DNA from: Acidimicrobiia bacterium
GTDB lineage: Bacteria; Actinomycetota; Acidimicrobiia; Acidimicrobiales; Bin134
Length of the DNA stretch: 64,000 bases
Direction of reading: 5' to 3'
Assembly (NCBI GenBank): GCA_022826705.1
Contig: JAJDUJ010000007.1
Span: forward strand, 211,134 to 275,133
Position 1 is the first letter of the stretch. The number at the start of each line of letters is the position of its first letter. Positions 53,916-62,281 of this stretch are shown here, piece after piece. Both the position numbers and the translations under genes were made by a program. The notes beneath the pieces are model-generated. The model was not told the DNA's origin, searched no databases, and saw only the letters and a list, made by a program, of their open reading frames with translations.

Positions 53916-53987
53916 ATGATCGGGCGGCTCGTCTGGCCGCTGGCGAATCCTCCTGTTTCGATTTCCAGCCGGTAACTTCGGAGCCTG

Positions 53988-56369
53988 ATGGCTCCTGACA
54001 CCGCCGCAACCTCGGCCACCGAAGTCGACCCGGCGCGGGGCCTCACCGCCGAGCAGGTGGCCGAGCGGGTGGCCGCCGGGCGCACCAATCAGGTGCCCGA
54101 CGCCCCGGTGCGCACGCTGCCCCAGATCCTGCGGGCCAACGTGTTCTCGCCGGTGAATGGGATCATGCTGGCGCTGTTCGCCGCCATCTTGGTGGCCGGG
54201 TTTCCCCGCGACGGCCTGTTCGTGGGGGTGGTGGTGTCCAATGCCGTCATCGGCGTGGCCCAGGAGATACGGGCCAAACGGGAGCTGGACAAGCTGGCGG
54301 TGCTCAGCGCCCCCAAAGCCCGGGTGGTGCGCGACGGGGAGGTGGCCGAGGTCGGCGTGAGCGAGGTAGTGGCCGACGAGGTGTTGGAGCTGGCCCCTGG
54401 CGACCAAGTTGTGGTGGACGGGATGGTCCTCACCTCTGCTGGGCTGGAGGCCGACGAGTCGCTGCTCACTGGCGAGGCCGATCCCATCGAGAAAGAGCCC
54501 GGCGACGAACTGCTGTCGGGCAGCTTCGTGGCTGCGGGCAGCGGTCGCTACCAGGCCACCCGCATCGGCGCGGAGTCGTACGCCAGTTCGCTGTCGGAGG
54601 AGGCCAAGCGCTTCACCCTGGTCAACAGCGAGCTGCGCCGGGGCATCGACACCGTGCTGCGCTGGCTGATCATCATCATTCCCCCCGCCTCTGCCCTGCT
54701 CATCCTGGTGCTGCTCGACACCGAGGACCGCTGGCAGAACGCGCTTCAGGGCACTGTGGCCGCCGCGGTGGCCATGGTTCCCGACGGGCTGGTGCTGCTC
54801 ACCAGCCTCTCCTTCGTGGCTGGGGTGGTCGCCCTGGCCCGCCGCCGGGCGCTGGCCAAAGAGCTAGCCACTGTGGAGCTGTTGGCCCGCACCGACGTGC
54901 TGTGCCTGGACAAGACTGGCACCATCACCACCGGCCACATCAGCTTCGGCGATGTGGAAGCGCTGCCCGGTGTCGATCCCGCTTTGGTGGCCACCGCCTT
55001 AGGGGCCATGGCCCACGCCGACGAGGCCCCCAACGCCACCATGCTGGCGGTGCGCGACGCCTATCCCGCGCCCGACGACGGCGACGGCGACACCGGTGGC
55101 TGGACACCGGTGGGAACCACCCCGTTTTCCAGCGCCCGCAAGTGGTCGGCCATGGAGTTCCGCAGCCACGGCGCCTTCTATTTCGGAGCCCCCGACGTGA
55201 TCGCCGGCGACCTCCCCGCCGTGATGGAACAGGTGGCGGTCCACGCCGAAGCGGGACGCCGCACCCTGTTGTTAGCCCGAAGCCCTGAGCCGCTGGCCGA
55301 TGAGACCCTGCCCGAGAACCGGACACCGCTGGCCCTGATCTTGCTGGAAGACACCATCCGCCCCGATGCCCCCGAGATCCTGGCCTTCTTCCGGGAGCAG
55401 GGGGTGAACCTCAAGGTGATCTCCGGCGACCACACCGCCACGGTGGCCGCGGTGGCCCAGCGGGCCGGCATCCCCAACGCCCACAACCACATGGACGCTC
55501 GGGAGTTGCCTGAAGACACCGACGAAATGGCCGCCGCCCTGGCCGAAAACGCCGTGTTCGGCCGGGTCACCCCCCAACAGAAGCGGTCCATGGTGGACGC
55601 GCTCCAGTCGAGGGGCCACACCGTGGCCATGACCGGCGACGGCGTCAACGACGTGCTGGCCCTCAAGAACGCCGACATGGGCATCGCCATGGGCAGCGGC
55701 TCGGCGTCCACCCGGGCAGTGGCCCAACTGGTGCTGCTCGACAACTCTTTCGCCACCCTGCCCGAGGTTCTGGCCCAGGGGCGCAAGGTGATCAACAACG
55801 TGGAGCGGGTGGCCAACCTGTTCGTTACCAAGGCGGCCTACGCCGTGCTGCTCACCGTGCTGGTGGGGATTTTCACCGTGGAATACCCGTTCCTCCCCCG
55901 CCATCTCACCCTCGTGGGCACCTTCTCCATCGGCGTGCCCGGCCTGTTCTTGGCCCTGGCCCCCAGCACCGAGTTGATACGCCCTGGATTCTTGGCCCGG
56001 GTGCTGCGGTTCTCCATTCCCGCTGGGGTGCTGGCCGCGGTGGCATCATTCTTCGTCTACGAGATCGCCCGCCGCCACGACGAAGTCACCCTCCCGGAGG
56101 CCCGCACAGTGGCCACCTTCACCCTGCTGGGGGTGGGCCTGGTGATCTTGGTGGTGATCAGCCGGCCGCTGCGCCCGTGGAAGGTCGGCCTGGCCGCGGC
56201 CATGGGCGGGTCGTATTTGATCGTGATGGTGTGGCCGTGGGCCCGGAATTTCTTTGAGCTGGACGTACCCCCGGCATGGATGTGGATTCCGACCATTGCC
56301 GCCGTGGCCATTGCCGGCTCATGCGTGGTCACCATCCCCCGGGCCTTGAGGAGATACCAGGACCAGTGA
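53988..56369 (+). CDS. cation-translocating P-type ATPase (HAD-IC type)
   Basis: Phosphorylation motif CLDKTGTITTG, hinge MTGDGVNDVLALKNADMGIAMGSG, and the TGE-type actuator loop LTGEADP. Confidence 0.92.
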   Translation: MAPDTAATSATEVDPARGLTAEQVAERVAAGRTNQVPDAPVRTLPQILRANVFSPVNGIMLALFAAILVAGFPRDGLFVGVVVSNAVIGVAQEIRAKRELDKLAVLSAPKARVVRDGEVAEVGVSEVVADEVLELAPGDQVVVDGMVLTSAGLEADESLLTGEADPIEKEPGDELLSGSFVAAGSGRYQATRIGAESYASSLSEEAKRFTLVNSELRRGIDTVLRWLIIIIPPASALLILVLLDTEDRWQNALQGTVAAAVAMVPDGLVLLTSLSFVAGVVALARRRALAKELATVELLARTDVLCLDKTGTITTGHISFGDVEALPGVDPALVATALGAMAHADEAPNATMLAVRDAYPAPDDGDGDTGGWTPVGTTPFSSARKWSAMEFRSHGAFYFGAPDVIAGDLPAVMEQVAVHAEAGRRTLLLARSPEPLADETLPENRTPLALILLEDTIRPDAPEILAFFREQGVNLKVISGDHTATVAAVAQRAGIPNAHNHMDARELPEDTDEMAAALAENAVFGRVTPQQKRSMVDALQSRGHTVAMTGDGVNDVLALKNADMGIAMGSGSASTRAVAQLVLLDNSFATLPEVLAQGRKVINNVERVANLFVTKAAYAVLLTVLVGIFTVEYPFLPRHLTLVGTFSIGVPGLFLALAPSTELIRPGFLARVLRFSIPAGVLAAVASFFVYEIARRHDEVTLPEARTVATFTLLGVGLVILVVISRPLRPWKVGLAAAMGGSYLIVMVWPWARNFFELDVPPAWMWIPTIAAVAIAGSCVVTIPRALRRYQDQ

Positions 56370-57199
56370 CTGACGACTACCAAGACATCGTCTATTCGGT
56401 GGACGACCGGGTGGCGACAATCACGCTGAACCGGCCCGAGAAGCTCAACGCCTTCAGCACGCTGATGGGCACCGAGCTCGCCGACGCCCTGCGCCGCAGC
56501 GATGCCGACGAGGAGGTGCGGGCGGTGGTCATCACCGGCGCCGGCCGCGCCTTTTGCGCGGGGGCCGACTTTTCCGGCGGACCAGGAGTGTTCGGTACCC
56601 CCAACCCCGACAGCTTCCGCTCTGACGCCCTGGAGTTCCACCCCTGGGACGTGCGCAAGCCGGTCATCGCCGCCATCAACGGCCATGCGGTGGGCCTGGG
56701 CATGACTATGGCCCTTCAATGCGACATCCGCTACATCGCCGCCGACGCCCGCTGGGGCATCGTGCAGAACCGCCGGGGAGTGCTTCCCGACTTTCGCTCC
56801 CACTGGACCCTGCCTCGCACCGTGGGCCACGCCAAAGCGCTCGAGATTCTGCTCACCGGCCAGATGTACACCGGCGAAGAGGCTGCCCAGATGGGGCTGG
56901 CCACCGCCGCCCTGCCCACCGATGAGGTATTGCCCGCCGCCTTGGAGACCGCCAAAGACATCGCTGTCAACGTTGCCCCGGTGTCGGTTGCCCTCAGCAA
57001 GCGCCTCTTGTGGACCACCTCACCAGGCGACCAAGGAGTGATCAACGAGCTGGAGCGCCGCATCCACCTCCACGTCATGGGCCAGCCCGATGCCACCGAG
57101 GGAGTCATGGCCTTTCTGGAGAAGCGCCCCCCGGAATGGTCGCTCACCCTGGCCGACCACTGGCCCGACTGGATGCCCCCTGCTACAGAGGACGAGTAG
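56366..57199 (+). CDS. enoyl-CoA hydratase/isomerase (crotonase) family protein
   Basis: The GTG overlaps the ATPase stop (GTGA). ITLNRPEKLNAF...VVITGAGRAFCAGADF...AAINGHAVGLG. Confidence 0.88.
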   Translation: MTDDYQDIVYSVDDRVATITLNRPEKLNAFSTLMGTELADALRRSDADEEVRAVVITGAGRAFCAGADFSGGPGVFGTPNPDSFRSDALEFHPWDVRKPVIAAINGHAVGLGMTMALQCDIRYIAADARWGIVQNRRGVLPDFRSHWTLPRTVGHAKALEILLTGQMYTGEEAAQMGLATAALPTDEVLPAALETAKDIAVNVAPVSVALSKRLLWTTSPGDQGVINELERRIHLHVMGQPDATEGVMAFLEKRPPEWSLTLADHWPDWMPPATEDE

Positions 57200-57246
57200 A
57201 GGCACCCAAGACGAGTAGAGCCGCTGAAGATCAGTAGGGTCGGGCC

Positions 57247-58218
57247 ATGCGCATCGGCATCTACATGGACCTGCGGAACCCACCGGAGTGGCAAAAGCCC
57301 TGGCCCGACTTCTATCGGCAGTCGCTGGAGCTGGCCGTGCAGGCCGAGGAGTGGGGGGCCGACTCGGTGTGGCTCAGCGAGCACCACTTCTTCGAGGACG
57401 GCTATCTGCCCCAGCCCCTCACCTTCGCCGCCGCGGTGGCGGCACGAACTGAGCGCGTCAGGATCGGCACCGCGGTGCTGCTGGCTCCGCTTCGTCTCGC
57501 TCCGCAGATCGCCGAGGAGGCCGCGGTGGCCGACCAGATCAGCAACGGCCGGATCGACCTGGGGCTAGGTGCGGGCTACGTGTACGACGAGTTCGAGGCC
57601 TACAGGGCCGACCTGTCCAAGCGCTACACCACCACCGACCAGCGGGTGCGGGAAGTGCGGGAGCTGCTGGACGGCGGCGTCGTCACCCCGCCGGCGGTGC
57701 AGAACCCCTTCCCCATCTGGCTGGGGTACAACGGTCCCCAGGGCGCCCGCCGAGCCGGACGGCTGGGCTGCGGCCTGCTGTCGATCAACCCGGCTTCGCT
57801 AGAGCCCTACACCGAGGGCCTGACCGAGGGCGGTCACGATCCGGGTATCGCCCAGATGGCCGGGGTGGTGAGCATGGTGGTGGCCGACGACCCCGAGGAG
57901 GCCTACGAGCGCATCCTCCCCCACTTGGCCTGGCAGCTCAACACCTACCGGGCCGCGGGGGCATCGGGCACCGGCAAGACTCCCAGCCGCCTCACGGTGG
58001 AGAAGCTGCGGGAGCGGCGCAGCACCATGGGGGTCATCTCCCCGATGGAGGTGTTGACCCCCGACGAGGCCATAGCCCATTTGGGCCGCTTGTCGGAGGG
58101 CATCCCCATGGTGGAGGCCTACTGCTGGACCAGCATCGCCGGCATGCCCGACGACTTGGCCCATCGCCATACCGAGCTGCTGTGTACTGCGGTGCGCGAA
58201 GGAGTAGCCGACCTATGA
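57247..58218 (+). CDS. LLM-class flavin/F420-dependent oxidoreductase
   Basis: GADSVWLSEHHF...RIGTAVLLAPLR...GRIDLGLGAGY. Confidence 0.85.
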   Translation: MRIGIYMDLRNPPEWQKPWPDFYRQSLELAVQAEEWGADSVWLSEHHFFEDGYLPQPLTFAAAVAARTERVRIGTAVLLAPLRLAPQIAEEAAVADQISNGRIDLGLGAGYVYDEFEAYRADLSKRYTTTDQRVREVRELLDGGVVTPPAVQNPFPIWLGYNGPQGARRAGRLGCGLLSINPASLEPYTEGLTEGGHDPGIAQMAGVVSMVVADDPEEAYERILPHLAWQLNTYRAAGASGTGKTPSRLTVEKLRERRSTMGVISPMEVLTPDEAIAHLGRLSEGIPMVEAYCWTSIAGMPDDLAHRHTELLCTAVREGVADL

Positions 58219-59042
58219 GCAACCCGTCTGAGAATCTGCCGCTGGCCGGTATGGCCGCCCTGGTCACCGGGGGTGCCGGCGGCATCGGCCGATCCACCGC
58301 CCGGCTTCTGGTGGCGGACGGCGCCCATGTGGTGATCGCCAGCCGCAGCGCGGGCCATCTCCAAGAGGTTGCCGACGAGCTCGGACCGCTGGCCGCAGAA
58401 GCAGGCGGCTCGATCCGCTGGACGGCCTGCGACGCCACCGACAGCGATCAAGTCCTGGCCGCGGTGGCCCTGGCTGCCGAGCCCACCGGGCGGCTCGACA
58501 TGGCGGTTTCAGTCCCCGGCGGGGGTGCTATGGCCGCGGTGCTCGACTACGAGCCGGAGCAAGTGGCGGAGACGGTCAGCTTCAACGTGGTGGTGCCGTT
58601 CATCATGATCAAGCACGCCGGAAAGCACATGGCCGACGCCGGAGGAGGCTCCATCGTGGCGGTGTCGTCCACCGCGGCCATCCAGTCGTGCCGCTTCTTG
58701 GCCCCATACTGCGCGGGCAAAGCCGGCGTGGACGCCCTGGTGCGGGTGGCCGCCGACGAGCTGGGCGGCCTCGGCGTCCGAGTCAATGCGGTGCGCCCAG
58801 GGCTGACCGCAACCGACACCACCCAGGGTCTGGTGAACAACGACTCGGTAGTGGCCCAGTACCTCGATCAGCAGCCCCTCCAGCGCATCGGCCGACCTGA
58901 CGATGTCGCCGGAGCCATCCGCTACCTGGCCGGACCGGAATCGAGCTTCACCACCGGCCAGTTCATCACCGTTGACGGAGGCCACACTCTGCGCTCGTTC
59001 GTGGACTTCACCGACGTGGTGGCCGCCCGCTCTTCCTCCTAG
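58215..59042 (+). CDS. SDR family oxidoreductase
   Basis: ATG at 58215 overlaps the LLM stop (ATGA). TGGAGGIG, YCAGKAG, and VRVNAVRPG. Confidence 0.9.
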   Translation: MSNPSENLPLAGMAALVTGGAGGIGRSTARLLVADGAHVVIASRSAGHLQEVADELGPLAAEAGGSIRWTACDATDSDQVLAAVALAAEPTGRLDMAVSVPGGGAMAAVLDYEPEQVAETVSFNVVVPFIMIKHAGKHMADAGGGSIVAVSSTAAIQSCRFLAPYCAGKAGVDALVRVAADELGGLGVRVNAVRPGLTATDTTQGLVNNDSVVAQYLDQQPLQRIGRPDDVAGAIRYLAGPESSFTTGQFITVDGGHTLRSFVDFTDVVAARSSS

Positions 59043-59046
59043 TGAA

Positions 59047-59913
59047 GTGTCACAGAGGCAAGCGATACTTCGAAAAATCACAGCTGGCCGTCTGGCGCTG
59101 TCCATCGCGGTGATCGCAGGCTTGTTGGCAGCATGCACCATTGAGGAACCCGCCGCCTCTGGGGAGCGCTTCTCCGCGGTGGCCGCCGGCCAAGATCGTT
59201 CGTGCGGCATCCGCGAAGACGGCACTGTCCAATGCTGGCGGGCCGGCGGGAACAACCCCGGCTGGGCCGTCTACCTCAGCGGCAACTTCACCGCCATCTC
59301 CGCGGGAAGCGGCTACTCGTGCGGGATTCGAGATAACGGTGCTGCCGACTGCTGGGAGGACGACTACCAAGCCGGCGTGGACCCACCTGAGGGGCACTTC
59401 ACCGCCATCTCGGTCGGAGCACAACACACCTGCGGGATTCGGGGCGACCGCACCCTCCATTGCTGGGGAAACCGGGTTGGCGGCCCCGAGCCCGCAATTC
59501 CCCCAGAAGGGCGCTTTGCCGCCATTTCCGTCGGCTGGGGCGATACGTCGTGCGGGTTGCGAGACGACGGCACGGCGGAGTGCTGGGGAGCAGGGAGTTG
59601 GGCTGATCCGCCCGAGGGCCGGTTTGCCGCCATTTCCGTAGGACTGTCCCATGCTTGCGGGCTCCGAGATGACGGCACCGCCCAATGCTGGGGTGACAAC
59701 ACCGTTGGGCAGGCCGATCCCCCGCTCAGCCTCTACACCGCCATTGCGGCCGGTGCCAGCTTCACCTGCGGCATCCGCGACGACGAAACGGTTCGGTGCT
59801 GGGGCCACGGCGAGGTCGTCGATCCCCCTGGAGACCGCTTCATCGCTCTTTCCGCCGGACTCAGCCACGCCTGCGCATTGCGCGACGACTACAAAGTCCG
59901 GTGCTGGGATTGA
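59047..59913 (+). CDS. RCC1-like repeat lipoprotein
   Basis: Lipobox GLLAAC|T. Six repeats of the form F.AIS.G..H.CG(I/L)RDDGT..CWG. A GTG start is assumed. Confidence 0.72.
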   Translation: MSQRQAILRKITAGRLALSIAVIAGLLAACTIEEPAASGERFSAVAAGQDRSCGIREDGTVQCWRAGGNNPGWAVYLSGNFTAISAGSGYSCGIRDNGAADCWEDDYQAGVDPPEGHFTAISVGAQHTCGIRGDRTLHCWGNRVGGPEPAIPPEGRFAAISVGWGDTSCGLRDDGTAECWGAGSWADPPEGRFAAISVGLSHACGLRDDGTAQCWGDNTVGQADPPLSLYTAIAAGASFTCGIRDDETVRCWGHGEVVDPPGDRFIALSAGLSHACALRDDYKVRCWD

Positions 59914-59940
59914 GTCACGCTGCCTGACCACCAGTCGATA

Positions 59941-60894
59941 GTGTCTCGGCCCATGCGAGCAGTTGGAGTCATTGAGTACGGCGGGCCGGAGGCCTTGGAG
60001 GTTGTGGAATTGCCCACGCCCGAGGCCGGTCCCGGCCAGGTGAGGATCCGGGTGCGAGCCACCGCGGTCAGCCCCACCGATACTCATGTGAGGGCCGGTA
60101 CCCGGGCCGAGCAGCAGGCCAAGACCGGGCCGCCGCCCTATATCCCGGGAATGGACGTGGCCGGGGTGCTGGACCAGATCGGAGAGGGCGCCCAAACCGA
60201 CCTACAAGTGGGCGATCATGTGATGGCCATGGTGGTGCCCATGGGATCGCACGGGGCCTACTCCGAAAATGTGGTGCTGTCGGCGGAATCTGTGGCCCGG
60301 ATGCCAGCAGGCTCATCGTTCGCCGAGGCCAGCACCCTGCCTATGAACGGCCTCACCGCCCGTCTCAGCCTCGACCAGCTCAACCTCCAGCCCGGCCAGA
60401 CGCTGGCGGTCACCGGGGCGGCCGGGTGCTACGGCGGCTACATGGTGGAGCTGGCCAAGGCCGACGGCCTGCGGGTGATTGCTGACTCCTCCGAGGCCGA
60501 CGAGGAGTTGGTGGCCTCCTTCGGCGCCGACGTGATTGTGCGCCGGGGCGACGACGTGGCTAACCGAATCCGGGAGCACGCCCCCGACGGCGTGGACGGC
60601 CTGGCCGATGGGTCGGTGCAGATGGAGCCGCTGGTGGCCGCGGTGCGCGACGGCGGAGGCTTCGCTTCGGTGCGGGGATGGCCGGGCAACGGCGAGCGAG
60701 GCATCCAATTCCACATCACCTGGGTGTTCGCATACGACAAGGACTACGCCCGCCTCGACCGCCTGCGCCAGCAGGCCGAAGACGGCCAGGTGTCACTGCG
60801 GGTGGCCGGCACGGTTCCCATGGAGAACGCCTCAGAGGCTCACGCCCACTTGGAAGCCGGCGGCACTCGCGGCCGGTGGGTCATCGAGTTCTGA
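59941..60894 (+). CDS. NADPH:quinone oxidoreductase / zinc-type MDR family protein
   Basis: MRAVGVIEYGGPEALEVVELPTPEAGPGQVRIRVRA and the nucleotide-binding AVTGAAGCYGG motif. Confidence 0.88.
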   Translation: MSRPMRAVGVIEYGGPEALEVVELPTPEAGPGQVRIRVRATAVSPTDTHVRAGTRAEQQAKTGPPPYIPGMDVAGVLDQIGEGAQTDLQVGDHVMAMVVPMGSHGAYSENVVLSAESVARMPAGSSFAEASTLPMNGLTARLSLDQLNLQPGQTLAVTGAAGCYGGYMVELAKADGLRVIADSSEADEELVASFGADVIVRRGDDVANRIREHAPDGVDGLADGSVQMEPLVAAVRDGGGFASVRGWPGNGERGIQFHITWVFAYDKDYARLDRLRQQAEDGQVSLRVAGTVPMENASEAHAHLEAGGTRGRWVIEF

Positions 60895-60921
60895 GCATCT
60901 CTCAAAGAGCTGCCTTAGGGG

Positions 60922-61392
60922 CTAGCTCAGCGCCTTGATGTCGGCAATGATCACGGCGGCGTGTTCAGCCAAGTCTTGACCCTCCAGGTCGTAAGACTTG
61001 GCCACCATGCCATCCGGTGAGATCAGGTAGCTGATCCGCCGGGGCAAGCCGTATTCGAAGTAAGGCTCGCCCTCGGCCCGCTCGGCGTCATAGGCCCGCC
61101 CCACGGCCCGGTCGGGGTCAGAGATCAGCGTGAACGGGAAGCTCTCCCCGTCAACAAAGCCCTTCTGGTCCTCCACGGAGTCGAACGACGCCCCCACCAC
61201 CACGGCGCCGAGAGCTTCAAATTCGGAGATTCGATCACGGAATCCCTGTCCCTGAATCGTTCAACCCTTGGTAGAAGCCTTCGGATACCACCAAAACGCC
61301 ACCCAGTTCCCCCGCAGATCAGCCAACGACAGATCGTTCCCATCCTGATCCGGCGCCGTGAACTCAGGAGCCTTCGTGCCTTCACTCAACAT
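60922..61392 (-). CDS. Bcp/Prx-type peroxiredoxin, selenocysteine candidate at the peroxidatic position (TGA at 61263-61261)
   Basis: From ATG 61392 the same frame reads MLSEGTKAPEFTAPDQDGNDLSLADLRGNWVAFWWYPKASTKG-TGA-TIQGQGFRDRISEFEALGAVVVGASFD.... The TGA sits exactly where Bcp proteins have the Cys of YPKD.TPGCT.E...FRD. The track shows only the last 93 aa. Confidence 0.78.
61226..61246 (-). promoter_or_regulatory. SECIS-like hairpin downstream of the peroxiredoxin TGA
   Basis: Minus strand: GGGATTC-CGUGAUC-GAAUCUC (7 bp including one G:U). The apical loop starts 22 nt after the UGA and has G at loop position 2. Confidence 0.4.
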
Positions 61393-61476
61393 GAGTGGCG
61401 ACCCTAGTGGCGGTGGTCAGAGACAGAGCAGTTGAAAGCGCCTCACTGCGAGGTGTGAAGGCCTGCGAACTTAGGC

Positions 61477-61668
61477 GTGCTCGGGTTCTACGGCACTACC
61501 AAAGCGGCCCTCAACCGCATGACCAGCGCACTGGCCGTGGAACTGCACCCCCGCAACATCCGCATCAACACCATCGAGCCCCAGGCCGCCGTGTTGTCCG
61601 AGGGAGCCGATGAACTAGTGCCGTTCCTGCCGCCCTTCGCCTGTCTTGATGTCAGCCGTCAGCAGTAG
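61477..61668 (+). pseudogene. 5'-truncated SDR gene fragment
   Basis: Encodes only the YGTTKAALNRMTSALAVELHPRNIRINTIEP part of an SDR (YxxxK plus the IRVN-type segment). An in-frame stop lies at 61456-61458. No Rossmann/TGxxxGxG part is present upstream. Confidence 0.6.
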
Positions 61669-61982
61669 ATGGTCTCATCATCAAGAATCATGCGTTTGGG
61701 GTCTGGCCGTCCTGAACCACCGATCGTGCCGTCGGGCAACAGATACTGGTGGACAATCGCCAGCTTGTGGCCGTCAAGGCTGAGATACCAGACCATTTGG
61801 CTTCTCGTCCCCTCGGGCAATCCCAGTTCTGCTCGGACTGGCCGATCATCCTCCAGAATCGTATTCAGCTCGCCCCGCAGGGCTTGCTCGAACAAACCCG
61901 ACCCATTGAATAGTTCTCTAATCTCGCTGGGGTCGACACGACGTACCGGCGCGTGTTGTTGCTTTCCACCCAATTTTGGCAA
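61659..61982 (-). CDS. hypothetical small protein (low-GC orphan)
   Basis: 107-aa ORF with a TTG start and no recognised family (contains LPDGTIGGSGRPDPKRMIL). It sits in a segment of visibly lower GC. Confidence 0.4.
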   Translation of the reverse strand: MPKLGGKQQHAPVRRVDPSEIRELFNGSGLFEQALRGELNTILEDDRPVRAELGLPEGTRSQMVWYLSLDGHKLAIVHQYLLPDGTIGGSGRPDPKRMILDDETIYC

Positions 61983-61989
61983 ATTCCCA

Positions 61990-62262
61990 GTGGCCTATGA
62001 CACACGGTCGCGTAGGATTGTTCCGGTGGAAGCAATCGATGCAGAGATCCTAGAGCAACTCAATCGGGTTGAAGAAGGACATTTGACAATCGTGCAGTTC
62101 GAAGATTGGTTCGTCGGCCGCACATTGAACGAACGGTCCAGGCTGGTTGCTGAGCTCGATCACACCCTGGCCGAAAAGTCCTTGCTCACCGAGGAGCAAC
62201 TGATCAGCGAACTCCTCTCGTACGCTAGGGCCACCGTACTAAAGCCCACTTTCACGGCATAG
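61990..62262 (+). CDS. hypothetical small protein (low-GC orphan)
   Basis: This is the 3' part of track ORF 61669..62262 beyond the antisense overlap. GTG at 61990 or 62026. Helical-looking sequence (AEILEQLNRVEEGHLTIVQFEDWF). Confidence 0.35.
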   Translation: MAYDTRSRRIVPVEAIDAEILEQLNRVEEGHLTIVQFEDWFVGRTLNERSRLVAELDHTLAEKSLLTEEQLISELLSYARATVLKPTFTA

Positions 62263-62281
62263 GGCTCTCACTTCGAATCCG

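Noticed and set aside
61125-61385. 86-aa ORF (-) overlapping the 5' half of the peroxiredoxin gene
   Set aside because: It is out of frame relative to the Prx reading frame, which has clear family motifs on both sides of the TGA. Its translation is Arg/Trp-rich.
60922-61392. Peroxiredoxin as a simple nonsense-mutated pseudogene
   Set aside because: This is not fully excluded but judged less likely. The stop is TGA, not TAA or TAG. It replaces exactly the catalytic Cys with no frameshift or other lesions. It is followed by a hairpin at SECIS-like distance, and a second TGA-at-redox-motif gene occurs in the same window.
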